Below are positions 46,205 through 56,186 of a stretch of DNA of 64,000 nt, one piece after another (positions within the stretch are counted from its first letter, which is position 1; every line of letters starts with the position of its first letter). Source of the DNA: an uncultured Trueperaceae bacterium (GTDB taxonomy: Bacteria; Deinococcota; Deinococci; Deinococcales; Trueperaceae); contig CAWFFU010000003.1 in assembly GCA_963815215.1 (NCBI GenBank), forward strand, positions 736,001 through 800,000. Reading direction: 5' to 3'. The position numbers were made by a program, and so were the translations under genes. The notes beneath the pieces were generated by a model that worked only from the letters and a program-made list of their open reading frames with translations, was not told where the DNA came from and did not search any database.

Positions 46205-47149
46205 ATGGGACGATTCGTAGTGGTCGGCGATGCGACCGTCGATCAGATGTACTTCGTGAAGGACTTCCCCGAGCCGGGCGGCGAGGTCAACGCCCTGCGG
46301 GCCGTCATGGAGCCCGGAGGAGCGGGGGGCACCATCGCCACCGTCCTGGGCCGCCTCGGCAACGATGTGCGTATCGCCACGCGGGTCGGCACCGGGCCCT
46401 TCTCCGAACTCGCCCTCAAGCACGTACGCGAGGCGGGCGTGGCGGATGCGCTCGTCCAGGTCGACGAGCACCTCCAGACGAGCAGCGTGACCCTGATCAT
46501 CACGCCGGACGCGCAGCGCACCATGATCAGTGCGGCCGGCGCCAGCCGCCATCTGGACTCGGCCGAGATCCGCAAGGAGGACTTCGGCTCCGCCGATGCC
46601 CTGGTCATGAGCGCCTACAGCCTGGTGGGCGGGCGCCAGCGCGAATACGCCGTTCAGGCGCTGGGCTTCGCCCGCGACGCCCGCGTCACCACCTTCGTCG
46701 ACCTCGGCAGCGGAGCCGTCAACGCTCTTCGTGACCGCCTGATCACGGTGGTCCGCGACGTCGACTACCTGCTCATGAACGAGCAGGAACTCTACACCCT
46801 CACCGGCGAGTCTTCGATCTCGGACGCCGTCTCCGGCCTGAACCGTCACGGCATCGACCGCCTCATCGTGAAGGTCGGTGCGATGGGCAGCATCGTGATC
46901 ACGCCCGAGCTGACCGAGCTGGTCGAGGCGTACGACATCGACGGCGTCATCGACTCGACCGGCGCAGGCGACTACTACACCGCGGCCTTCGCCCACGCCA
47001 TCATGAAGGGCTACGATCTGCTCGATGCCGCACGGCTCGGGAACGTCGCCGGGGCCCTCAACACCACGCAGGTCGGTGCCCAGAGCGTCGTCATCGACGC
47101 CGACACGTTGGAGCGCCACGCCTCGGCCTTCGCCGGTGCGAGCGGCTGA
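46205..47149 (+). CDS. PfkB family carbohydrate kinase
   Basis: VVVGDATVD, PGGAG, MNEQE, DSTGAGD. TATACT at 46151-46156. Confidence 0.9.
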   Translation: MGRFVVVGDATVDQMYFVKDFPEPGGEVNALRAVMEPGGAGGTIATVLGRLGNDVRIATRVGTGPFSELALKHVREAGVADALVQVDEHLQTSSVTLIITPDAQRTMISAAGASRHLDSAEIRKEDFGSADALVMSAYSLVGGRQREYAVQALGFARDARVTTFVDLGSGAVNALRDRLITVVRDVDYLLMNEQELYTLTGESSISDAVSGLNRHGIDRLIVKVGAMGSIVITPELTELVEAYDIDGVIDSTGAGDYYTAAFAHAIMKGYDLLDAARLGNVAGALNTTQVGAQSVVIDADTLERHASAFAGASG

Positions 47150-48122
47150 GCGCCGTCTCGCCGCCGCGCTCTTGAGCGTCGTCCTGGGCGGGCTCGCGCT
47201 CGGTTCGGCGGCACGGGCAGCGGCACCGAGCGACTACGCGCATCGCTTCGACGTCGCCTGGACCCTGGTCCAGCAGCGTTACTGGGATGTAGGTGGGCTG
47301 AAGGTCGACTGGCTCCAGATGCGGCACCAGTACGAACCTCAGGCGCTCGCCGCTCCCAACGACGACGCCTTCTACGCCGTACTCGTCGCCATGTACGGTC
47401 GCATCCAGGACGGGCACTCGGTGTTCGTTCCGCCCCAGCGCGTGGCCGAGATCCATCGCCTCTACGGCGATCTTCCCTGCCTGGGCGTGTTCGGGATGGC
47501 CCAGGGGACCGGAGCCCACGGCCATGTCAGCTACCGCATGCTCGACGGCGCCATCGGCTACATCCGACTCCCGGACCTGGCCTCGGACGGCGTCGCCGAC
47601 GGCGTGCGCAGTGCCGTCACCGTGCTGCAGACGACGGGAGCGCGCGGGCTGGTGCTCGACCTGCGCGGCAATCCTGGCGGACGCCTGGTCAGCATGATGC
47701 AGATCGCCGGCATCTTCACCCAGGGCTTCCTGTGGCGCGTGGTGACCCGCTGGGCCCTGCCCCTGCCCTACCCCGCGATCGGGCCGGTGGCGACGGGCCT
47801 CCCGCTCGCGGTACTGATCGACGGCGAGGTCAACAGCGCCGCGGAGGGGCTCGCGGGCGCGCTCCAGATGCACGGCCGGGCCACCGTCATCGGAGCGACC
47901 AGCGCGGGAAACGTCGAGGCCGTGCTGCCGTTCTGCCTCTCCGACGGCTCGCAGGCCTGGATCGCCACCGGCGTCCTGGCGCCGATCGGGGGTCCCACCT
48001 GGGAAGGCCGCGGCGTCGTCCCCGACCTACCCACGGCGCCCGCGGACGCGCTCGACGCCGCCATCGCCTGGCTGCGCCGGGACGCGACATCAGCAGGACG
48101 CCCGCCCGCCGGAGCGCGCTGA
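47136..48122 (+). CDS. Secreted S41 family peptidase without PDZ domain
   Basis: Signal peptide. DGHS, IGYIRL, LDLRGNPGG, NSAAE (catalytic Ser), EGRGVVPD. Confidence 0.82.
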   Translation: MRAAERRLAAALLSVVLGGLALGSAARAAAPSDYAHRFDVAWTLVQQRYWDVGGLKVDWLQMRHQYEPQALAAPNDDAFYAVLVAMYGRIQDGHSVFVPPQRVAEIHRLYGDLPCLGVFGMAQGTGAHGHVSYRMLDGAIGYIRLPDLASDGVADGVRSAVTVLQTTGARGLVLDLRGNPGGRLVSMMQIAGIFTQGFLWRVVTRWALPLPYPAIGPVATGLPLAVLIDGEVNSAAEGLAGALQMHGRATVIGATSAGNVEAVLPFCLSDGSQAWIATGVLAPIGGPTWEGRGVVPDLPTAPADALDAAIAWLRRDATSAGRPPAGAR

Positions 48123-48123
48123 G

Positions 48124-48963
48124 GTGGGGGATGCCGAACGCGTCTCCGAGCACGTCTGGCGCCTGGCGCTGCCCAGCGACACCCTGCCCCCGTTCGACCA
48201 CGTCAACAGCTATCTCATCGCTTCCAGCGGAGTGGGCGTGGTGGTCGACCCCGGCTCCTCCCACGACGGTGCCACGGCCGCGACGCGTGAAGCCCTCGAC
48301 GCCGCCGGTGTGCGGCTGCTCAAGGCCGTGTTCCTCACCCACACCCACCCCGATCACGTGGCGGGCCTGCGGGCCTTGCTGGAGGACGAGGGTCCGCTCC
48401 CGGTCTATGTCCATCCGCTCGAAGCCGATCGCCTGGAGGGCGTGGGGGGCATCGTGCCGCTCGGCGACGACCGCCGCATCACCGTGGGGGCCGTGGTGGT
48501 GCGCGCGCTACACACGCCCGGCCACAGCCCCGGCCACCTCAGCTACCTCCTGCAGGAGGAGGGTGCCCTCCTGCTCGGCGACCTGGTAGCCGGCACGGGC
48601 TCGACCTGGGTGGGGTTGCCCGAGGGCGACGTGGGCGCCTACCTCGACTCGCTGGCGCGCCTGCGTGCGCTGCGGCCGCGTGTGCTCGGGCCCGGTCACG
48701 GGCCCGTCGTGCGCGACGCCGACCGCAAGCTCGCCGACAGCGCCACGCACCGGTTGGAACGGGAGCGTCAGGTGTTGGCCGCGCTCGCCGACGGCGTCGA
48801 GACGTTGTCCGAGCTGCGCCAACGGATCTATCCCAACCTGCCCGACGGCGCACGCTCCCTGGTCGATCGCAGTCTGTTGGCGCACCTCGCCAAGCTCATG
48901 CGCGAGATGAAGATCGTGCACCTCGGCGAGGACGCCTCGGGCCCCTACGCGCTGAGGCGCTAG
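48124..48963 (+). CDS. MBL-fold metallo-hydrolase (LACTB2-like)
   Basis: THTHPDH, HTPGHSPGH, GD, PGHG, C-terminal helical domain. Confidence 0.88.
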   Translation: MGDAERVSEHVWRLALPSDTLPPFDHVNSYLIASSGVGVVVDPGSSHDGATAATREALDAAGVRLLKAVFLTHTHPDHVAGLRALLEDEGPLPVYVHPLEADRLEGVGGIVPLGDDRRITVGAVVVRALHTPGHSPGHLSYLLQEEGALLLGDLVAGTGSTWVGLPEGDVGAYLDSLARLRALRPRVLGPGHGPVVRDADRKLADSATHRLERERQVLAALADGVETLSELRQRIYPNLPDGARSLVDRSLLAHLAKLMREMKIVHLGEDASGPYALRR

Positions 48964-48989
48964 CCGCCACCGGAATCGCCAGGGCACCC

Positions 48990-50303
48990 TCAGTCGCGCA
49001 GCGCCACGAGCGCCTCCCGTAGCGCTTCGGGATCGGCGTCGAGCTCGGTGACATCGCGGGGGGCGTGGGCGAGGGTCTCGAGCGCGTCGCTCCGCGGCCC
49101 GCCACGACCGGTGGCGCGCTCCACGGCATCCGGGAACTTGGCGGGGTGCGCGGTAGCGAGCACCATGACCGGACGGGCCTCGCCGGTCTCCCGTCGATGG
49201 ATCTCCACCGCCTCCAACCCGACCGCCGTGTGCGGGCACGGCAGGTAGCCGTCGTCCTCGTCGCTCCGCCGCATGCGGCCGAGCGTCGCGTCGTCGTCCA
49301 CGCTCACCCCCCAGATCGCACGGCTCAGGCCATCGCCCGCAAGTTCCAGCAGGCGCTCGAAGTTCGACGGTGCACCGACGTCCATGGCGTTCGACAACGT
49401 CGCCCGGGTCGGACGGAAGGCGTACGCCTCGGCCCGCGCGTTCAGGAAGTCGGGGAAGAAGTCGTTGACGTTGTGCGCAGCCAGGAAGCGACCCATGCGC
49501 CATCCCATGCGGACGCCGAGCACACCGGCGGTGAGGTTGCCGAGGTTGCCGCTGGGAACGCACACGTCGAGCGTCTCGCGGTCCCCTCGAAGCCGCTCGA
49601 TCTGCAACGCGCCCCACAGATAGTAGAGCGTTTGCGGCAACAGCCTACCGACGTTGATGGAGTTGGCGCTCGTCAGACTCAACCCCGCCAGCGCGGGATC
49701 CGCGAAGGCCGTCTTCACCAGCCGCTGGCAGTCGTCGAACGAGCCCCGTACCCGGTAGGCCTTGACGCCCGGGCGGGCCACCGCGAGCTGGCGCTCCTGC
49801 ATCTCGCTGATCCGCCCCTGGGGGTAGAGCAGCACCACGCGTACCGCATCGAAACCCTTGAAGGCGTCGGCGACCGCGCTCCCGGTGTCGCCCGAGGTGG
49901 CCACCAGGATCGTCGCGCGCCGGCCGCGGCGCTGTGCGGCAGCGGCCATGAGCTGGGCCATGGTCCGTGCGCCGACGTCCTTGAACGCCAACGTGGGTCC
50001 ATGGAACAGCTCCAGCACGTAACGATCCCGCGACAACGGCACCACCGGCATCGCGAAGTCCAGCGCCGCCTCGAGCAGGGGCTCGACCGCCTCCCGGGCC
50101 ATCCCCAGGTAGGGGGGCAGGATGCGGGCGCCGAGATCGGCCGCCGAGGTCGCCTCGCGCCAATCTTCGGGCAGGGGCACCAGCGGCCGCGGCAGGTACA
50201 GACCGCCGTCCGGCGCCAGCCCCCGCCACAGCGCCTCCTCGAACGGGATGCCCGGCGTTCCCTGGGCGGCGCGGGTGCTGTGGTAGCGCACCTCGCTCAT
50301 CAC
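48990..50303 (-). CDS. thrC: Threonine synthase
   Basis: GLAPDGGLYLP, ELFHGPTLAFKD, ATSGDTG, SANSINVGR, VPSGNLGN, TAHPAKF. Confidence 0.95.
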   Translation of the reverse strand: MMSEVRYHSTRAAQGTPGIPFEEALWRGLAPDGGLYLPRPLVPLPEDWREATSAADLGARILPPYLGMAREAVEPLLEAALDFAMPVVPLSRDRYVLELFHGPTLAFKDVGARTMAQLMAAAAQRRGRRATILVATSGDTGSAVADAFKGFDAVRVVLLYPQGRISEMQERQLAVARPGVKAYRVRGSFDDCQRLVKTAFADPALAGLSLTSANSINVGRLLPQTLYYLWGALQIERLRGDRETLDVCVPSGNLGNLTAGVLGVRMGWRMGRFLAAHNVNDFFPDFLNARAEAYAFRPTRATLSNAMDVGAPSNFERLLELAGDGLSRAIWGVSVDDDATLGRMRRSDEDDGYLPCPHTAVGLEAVEIHRRETGEARPVMVLATAHPAKFPDAVERATGRGGPRSDALETLAHAPRDVTELDADPEALREALVALRD

Positions 50304-50584
50304 GGTCGACCGTCCTCCCGGTTCGCGGGCCCGGGCGTCCCGGATGCGTTCTTCAGCGTCATGGCGGCGATCCTACCACGCTCGTTGAGTGCGGCGAACG
50401 CCCGTCTGGTACGGCGTTCACCGCTCATCAGGAGATGCCCGGCGGCACACCGGGGACGGGGCGCACCATCCGCCCCTCGCGCGGCCGGCGGCGAACGCCG
50501 GGCCGCCGGCGCGCGCTATACTGCTGCTTTGGCCGGCTGCGCCGTGGGATCGCCCCGCCGGCACGCCGCCGCACGGGAGAGGTC

Positions 50585-51670
50585 ATGCTTGGCATCGGAA
50601 TCGTAGGATTGCCCAACGTCGGCAAGAGCACGCTGTTCAACGCCATCACCAGGGCGGGTGTGGAAGCCGCCAACTACCCCTTCGCCACCATCGACAAGAA
50701 CGTGGGCGTGGTGGCGGTGCCGGACGCGCGCCTGGACGCGCTCCAAGCGCTCTACGTCAAGGGCGCGCGGATCCCGCCGCTCGTTCCGACGAGCGTCGAG
50801 TTCGTCGATATCGCCGGTCTGGTGAAGGGCGCGAGCCGCGGTGAGGGCCTGGGAAACCAGTTCCTGGCGAACATCCGCGAAGTGGCCGCCATCGCCCACG
50901 TGGTGCGCTGTTTCGACGATCCCAATGTGGTCCACGTGGCGGGTGAGGTGGCGCCGGCGTCGGACATCGAGACCATCCGAACCGAGCTGGCGCTCGCCGA
51001 CATCGCGATGTTGGAGAAGCGCGTCGAGAAGTTGCGCCGCAGCGCCAAGAGCGACCTCGAGGATGCGGCAGTGCTGGCCGACGCCGAGGCGGTGCTGGCC
51101 AAGCTCGAGCAGGGTGTCCCGGCCCGTGCCAGTGGCCACGTGCTGCCCGCCGACTTCAACCTGCTCACCGCCAAGCCGGTCATCTACGTGTGCAACGTAT
51201 CGGAGGACGCGCTGCCCGACGGCAACGCCTACGTCGACGAGGTACGGGCCCTAGCCGCGGAGGAAGGCTCGGACGTGGTGGTCATCTCGGCCCGCATCGA
51301 GGAGGAGCTGACCGAGCTCGGCGACGAGGAAGCACATGCCTTCCTTACCGACATGGGCTTGAGTGAGCCTGGGCTCGACCGGCTGGTCGAGGTCGGCTAC
51401 CACACGCTCGGCCTCATCACCTTCCTGACCGCCGGCGAGAAGGAGGTGCGCGCCTGGACCGTGCCCCGTGGCGCCCGCGCGCCCGAGGCGGCGGGCGTCA
51501 TCCACAGCGACTTCCAGCACGGCTTCATCCGGGCCGAGGTCATCGCCTGGGACAAGCTGGTGGAGGCGGGCTCCATCGCCGCGGCCCGCAGTCGCGGCTG
51601 GCTCCGTACCGAGGGCAAGGACTACGTCGTCGCGGACGGCGACGTCATGCACTTCCTGTTCAACGTCTGA
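50585..51670 (+). CDS. ychF: Ribosome-binding ATPase YchF
   Basis: GIVGLPNVGKSTLFN, ANYPFATI, DIAGLVKGAS.GEGLGN, EGKDYVVADGD. Confidence 0.97.
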   Translation: MLGIGIVGLPNVGKSTLFNAITRAGVEAANYPFATIDKNVGVVAVPDARLDALQALYVKGARIPPLVPTSVEFVDIAGLVKGASRGEGLGNQFLANIREVAAIAHVVRCFDDPNVVHVAGEVAPASDIETIRTELALADIAMLEKRVEKLRRSAKSDLEDAAVLADAEAVLAKLEQGVPARASGHVLPADFNLLTAKPVIYVCNVSEDALPDGNAYVDEVRALAAEEGSDVVVISARIEEELTELGDEEAHAFLTDMGLSEPGLDRLVEVGYHTLGLITFLTAGEKEVRAWTVPRGARAPEAAGVIHSDFQHGFIRAEVIAWDKLVEAGSIAAARSRGWLRTEGKDYVVADGDVMHFLFNV

Positions 51671-51941
51671 GCGCAGGCGCGCGGCCCGCAGCACAGGCAC
51701 AGCGTTGACGTTGACGCCGTCCCCGACCGCGATGCTGGTGAGGCCGGCAGCCCTCGGCATCCGCCGCGAGCGCTCCATGACCCGGTCGAGAGCACGCCCT
51801 TCGTCTGTGCCGGCGCCGGTCGCACGGGTACGTAACCCAGCCGTTTGGTGGCCCGGTCGTGCGGCGGTATCCTCGATTTGTGCCTGGGTCTCACAAAGGT
51901 CCGGAGCGCGGCATGGGGCCACGAGAAGGGAGGCGCATGCC

Positions 51942-52550
51942 ATGAGCGCATCGCTGGGCGGCGCCGAGATCGTGGATGTGCGCGGTTACCAGGCCGGTGA
52001 GGTAGTCCTGTTCCCTGGAGGTCCGGAGTACCTCTTCCGAGTCCGTAGCGGGTTGGTGCGGGTGCACACCGTCGATGACGAAGGCAACGGGTTGACGCTG
52101 CGTTACGTCAAGCCGGGCGGGTTCTTCGGTGAGGAGGCCGTCACCGGTGAGGGGCGACGCTACTTCGCCGAGGCGGTGACCGACACCGAAGTGACGGTGC
52201 TGGATGTCCGCTCCTTGTCACGCGACGAGCGCCAGCAGCTGCTCGTCCACCTGGTCCACGTCGTCGAGGCACTCTATCGCGCACTCAACCGGCTGGCCGG
52301 CAAGCGGCTGCGGTCGCGCATCGCCGCGGAGCTTCTGGAGCTCGGGACCAGCGATCTGGCGAGCGTCGACGATGACGGCGTCCGGCTCGTGCACATCACC
52401 CACGACGACCTCGCCGCCGCCGTCGGCTCGGTGCGCGAGACGGTCACCAAGGTCATCGGAGAGCTGGTTCGACTGCGGGCGATCGACGCCGGCTACGGCA
52501 AGATCCGTCTCACCGATCTGGACGTGCTGCGCGACGTCGCCGGCGAGTGA
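51942..52550 (+). CDS. CRP/FNR family regulator, SdrP/DdrI-like
   Basis: ATG 51942 with GGGAGG SD. DDEGNGLTLRYVKPGGFFGEEA and HTH THDDLAAAVGSVRETVTKVIGEL resemble Thermus SdrP / Deinococcus DdrI as I recall them. Confidence 0.88.
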   Translation: MSASLGGAEIVDVRGYQAGEVVLFPGGPEYLFRVRSGLVRVHTVDDEGNGLTLRYVKPGGFFGEEAVTGEGRRYFAEAVTDTEVTVLDVRSLSRDERQQLLVHLVHVVEALYRALNRLAGKRLRSRIAAELLELGTSDLASVDDDGVRLVHITHDDLAAAVGSVRETVTKVIGELVRLRAIDAGYGKIRLTDLDVLRDVAGE

Positions 52551-52556
52551 CGTCGA

Positions 52557-52583
52557 CGGGTGGGGCGGGCGCCGCCCCACCCG
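52557..52583. terminator. Hairpin between convergent CRP-family gene and bamA
   Basis: CGGGTGGGGCGG-GCG-CCGCCCCACCCG, 12-bp stem. Confidence 0.65.
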
Positions 52584-52592
52584 CCCAATACG

Positions 52593-55247
52593 CTAGAAGA
52601 CCGGACCCACGCGGAACCCGAAGACGCCGGTGGGGTGGCGTTCGCTGAAGGCGTAGTCCATCCGGATGGCCGGCAGCACCACGCTTCCGAAACCGAGGTT
52701 GATCTGCACCCCGATACCGGCGCCGCCGAACACGGGCGTCTGGTAGTCGGGGAAGTTGGGAACACTCGACGCCCAGCCCAGGTCCACGAAGGCGACCCCG
52801 ATCACCGTCTGGGTGGCGATCGTATTCAGGTTGAAGTTGTAGCGGTACTCCAGCGAGCTGGTGATGTAGCTCTTCGAGAGGTTGAAATCGTTCACGGTGT
52901 AGCCGCGGATCAGCGAGCGAGTCACGTTGGTCCGCCCCACCTGGAACTGCTTCGAGCTGGGGTAGTTGTCGCCGATCTGGGTGCCGGCATCGAGGCGTAC
53001 CGCGAAGACGTGCCCCGGGTCCTTGATCTCGGCCGGGTCGAGCGTCGAGAGCTTGGCGTAGGTGCGGAACCCCGCCGTGACTTGCTGGTAGGCGTAGGTC
53101 TGACGCTGCCCGGTGGCGGGATCGGCGTAATCGCTGCCGATGCCGATGCCGAAGTTGCCGTAGGTATGGATGCCCGTGGTCGGGAAGTCGGGGTTGTCGC
53201 GATCGTCGTAGGACACGCCGGCCCCGAAGAAGGTCGAGACGCCGCTGGTCGGCAGGTACTTCAGCGCATCCGAGCCCGGAAGGGAGCACGTTCCGTTGTT
53301 GGTCACCGCGCCGTTCTGGATGGTGCAGTCGACGCTGGGCGGCTCCAGCTTGTACTGGGCGTAGGTCACACTGCCGCTCAGGTTCATGGAGGTATGGGGG
53401 TAGATCTCGCGGATCACGCTCACGCCGAGGCCCGTGTTGCGCACGGTGTACTCGCCGACCTTCACACGGTTCGTGTCGATGGCGGACAGACCGGGATAGG
53501 TGACCGTGGTGCTGCCGCTGGATGTGCTGAGCGGTTGGTTGTTGCGGATGGTGCTGAACAACTGGACCGAGTAGGAGGTGGGAGTGGTCTCGAAGTTGTC
53601 GACGGGGATGAAGAGCCAGGGGATGTCGTAGCGCAGGCTGCCCCCGAACATCAGACCCAGATCGGTGCTGGTGCCGTTGAGATCGACGCTGACGTGATGG
53701 GCGCGCCCCAGGAAGTTCTTGTTCTGGTAGCTCAGCGAGGCCGAAAGTCCGGTGTCGGTGGCGTACTGCGCCGACGGCTGGAAGGTGCCGGTGCTGGCAT
53801 GCTTCACCGTGACCACGACGGTGAGCTCGTCGGGCTTGGCTGCCTGCTGGAACGAGCGGTTGACCGGCGTGATCGCCCCGGTCCGGTACACCTGACGAAG
53901 CCCGTTGTCGATCTGGTGGACGTTGGCGACGCTGCCCACCTTCGGAAGGTAGCGAGTGATGACGAAGGGCTTGGTGTTGTCGGGCTTGCCCTCGTACTGG
54001 ATGCTGTAGCCGGCGATCTTCATCTCCGTCACGCGCTGGATGTAGGTGCCGTTGTCGTAGCTGAAGTCCGGCTGGGTGGCGATGATGTAGCCCTGATCGC
54101 TGTAGGCCTGGACGATGGCCCCGAAGTCCTCTCGTGCCACCGCCGAGGTGAAGGTGTCGCCGATCTTGAGCGACAGCACCTTCTCCAGCTGTTGGGTGGA
54201 GAGGACCGTGTTGCCCTCGAACTTGATCGCCTTGATCGGGCCCGCGGTGTCGGGAGCGCCCAGGCTGAAGACGACGCGCACGCCGCCGGTCGCCGAACGC
54301 AGCGTCTGTAGCTGGATGTCGCTGCTACGTCCACGAGCGAGCTGCTTGACGTCGCTGAGGAGCTTGTCGTAGTTGAACAGATCGCCCGGTTGCAGGCTCA
54401 GATGGGAAGGGTCGACACCCAGTGCGGTGGTGTCGATCGAGTCGATGCGGAGCTCCACGACGTTCACCGTCAGCGTGCCGTCCTTGAGCTCGCTGTTCTG
54501 AACGTCGACGCCGCTGCCACGGAAGCCCTTGTCGGCGTACATCTTGCTCACCTGCTGCAGTGCCGAGTGATACGAGGCGAGCTGGAAGGTACCGGCCTTG
54601 AGCAACGCGTCGAACGGACCCTTGAGCGCGGCGGCGTCGAACACGGTGTTGCCCTGGAACACGACCTTGTCGAGCTTGGCCTTCTCGGTGATGGTGTAGG
54701 TCAGCCGAACGGGCACGGGACCGCCCTGCTTGGCGAGATCCGGCGCCGCCTCCTCGTTGAGGTTGACGTCCACGTTGAATGGGAAGCCGTCCTGCCGGTA
54801 GACCTGCTGGATGGTCTGCTTGGCCTGCTCGGCGCGGCTGGTGTTGTACACCCGGCCGGTCTCGACCAGATTGTTGGACTTCAGCGCGTCGGTGAGCGCT
54901 GCCGTGCCGACCGAGCTGTTCCCCTGGAAGTCGATCGCGCCGATCAACGGGTTCTCCTTGACCTTGATCAGCAGAACCGGGCCTCCGGGGCTCGACTGGA
55001 TGCTGACCGACACCTCCTGGAAGGTCCCCAGGCTGTAGACGCGGTTCCGTTCGGCTTCCAGGTCGATGCTGTCCACCGGCGTGCCCTTGCGCGCCGTGAT
55101 GATGGTCTTGACGATGTCGGCGTAGTTGGTGGTTCCCTCGACACGGACGTCGGCCAATCGTCCCTGTGGGGCCGGCTGCTGTTGGGCGAACGAGAGAGCG
55201 CCCACGGCGACGAGCATGACGGCCACCAGGTGGCGGAATATCGGCAT
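52593..55247 (-). CDS. bamA: Omp85/BamA outer membrane assembly factor
   Basis: Signal peptide. Repeated POTRA motifs (IDFQGN, VVFQGN, IKFEGN), NFLGR, IRGY, SLEYRY, C-terminal FRVGPVF. Confidence 0.9.
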   Translation of the reverse strand: MPIFRHLVAVMLVAVGALSFAQQQPAPQGRLADVRVEGTTNYADIVKTIITARKGTPVDSIDLEAERNRVYSLGTFQEVSVSIQSSPGGPVLLIKVKENPLIGAIDFQGNSSVGTAALTDALKSNNLVETGRVYNTSRAEQAKQTIQQVYRQDGFPFNVDVNLNEEAAPDLAKQGGPVPVRLTYTITEKAKLDKVVFQGNTVFDAAALKGPFDALLKAGTFQLASYHSALQQVSKMYADKGFRGSGVDVQNSELKDGTLTVNVVELRIDSIDTTALGVDPSHLSLQPGDLFNYDKLLSDVKQLARGRSSDIQLQTLRSATGGVRVVFSLGAPDTAGPIKAIKFEGNTVLSTQQLEKVLSLKIGDTFTSAVAREDFGAIVQAYSDQGYIIATQPDFSYDNGTYIQRVTEMKIAGYSIQYEGKPDNTKPFVITRYLPKVGSVANVHQIDNGLRQVYRTGAITPVNRSFQQAAKPDELTVVVTVKHASTGTFQPSAQYATDTGLSASLSYQNKNFLGRAHHVSVDLNGTSTDLGLMFGGSLRYDIPWLFIPVDNFETTPTSYSVQLFSTIRNNQPLSTSSGSTTVTYPGLSAIDTNRVKVGEYTVRNTGLGVSVIREIYPHTSMNLSGSVTYAQYKLEPPSVDCTIQNGAVTNNGTCSLPGSDALKYLPTSGVSTFFGAGVSYDDRDNPDFPTTGIHTYGNFGIGIGSDYADPATGQRQTYAYQQVTAGFRTYAKLSTLDPAEIKDPGHVFAVRLDAGTQIGDNYPSSKQFQVGRTNVTRSLIRGYTVNDFNLSKSYITSSLEYRYNFNLNTIATQTVIGVAFVDLGWASSVPNFPDYQTPVFGGAGIGVQINLGFGSVVLPAIRMDYAFSERHPTGVFGFRVGPVF

Positions 55248-55356
55248 GCGTGCAGTGTACCTGAGTTCGGGTGAGAGGACTTAGAGCGTCCCGGTCGCCA
55301 TCGACGTCCCTCCGGCGCCCCGGTCGACACCGCTCTCCCCCGGTAGAATCGACGCT

Positions 55357-56181
55357 ATGGACGCCGCTTCGCACCCCTCGATCGACGACGCCGTCACCGC
55401 CCTCCGCCGGCACACTTCCGGCGCGCCCGAAATCGCCCTGGTGCTGGGGAGCGGACTCGGTCCCCTCGCCGACGAGGTCGACGCCGAAGCGGTGGTCCCC
55501 TACGCCGACGTGCCCGGCATGCCGGTGAGCGGAGCTCCCGGCCACGCCGGACGCTTCGTGATCGGAAGGCTCGCGGGTCGGCGCGTGGTGGCCATGCAGG
55601 GACGCGTCCACCTCTACGAGGGCTTCAGCTCGGCGCAGTGCGCCTTCCCCGTGAGGGTGATGCACGCCCTCGGGGCCGGAACGCTGCTCGTCAGCAACGC
55701 CTGTGGCGGGCTGGCGCCGACCTTCCGCGCCGGAGAGCTGATGCTCCACCTCGATCTCATCAACGCCACCGGCCAGAACCCGCTCACCGGTCCGAACGAC
55801 GACGCTGCCGGGCCCCGCTTCCCGGTGATGTTCGACTGCTACGATCCCGGCTACCTCGAGGTGGCCCGCGCCGTGGCCCGGAGCCAGAACCTGCTGCTGC
55901 GCGAGGGCGTCTACCTGGCCGTCGCGGGGCCGAGCTACGCGACGCGCGCCGAGCTACGCGCCTACCGCCACTGGGGGGCGGACGCCATCGGCATGTCGAC
56001 GGTACACGAGGTCATCGAGGCGCGCCACCTCGGCATGCGCGTGGTGGGGCTCTCGACCGTCACCGACATGGCGTTGCCCGAGGGCGACCAGCACGCCACC
56101 GGCGACGAGGTGCTGCGCGTGGCCGCCGAGAGCGGGGCACGCTTCCGGGCGCTGGTCAGCGCGCTGCTGCCCGAGCTCTGA
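55357..56181 (+). CDS. punA: Purine nucleoside phosphorylase (trimeric type)
   Basis: VLGSGLG, GHAG, QGRVHLYEG, SNACGG, GADAIGMSTV. Confidence 0.92.
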   Translation: MDAASHPSIDDAVTALRRHTSGAPEIALVLGSGLGPLADEVDAEAVVPYADVPGMPVSGAPGHAGRFVIGRLAGRRVVAMQGRVHLYEGFSSAQCAFPVRVMHALGAGTLLVSNACGGLAPTFRAGELMLHLDLINATGQNPLTGPNDDAAGPRFPVMFDCYDPGYLEVARAVARSQNLLLREGVYLAVAGPSYATRAELRAYRHWGADAIGMSTVHEVIEARHLGMRVVGLSTVTDMALPEGDQHATGDEVLRVAAESGARFRALVSALLPEL

Positions 56182-56186
56182 TCACG

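Noticed and set aside
50300..50362. thrL-type attenuator leader peptide
   Set aside because: Only two Thr codons, no Ile run and no terminator before thrC.
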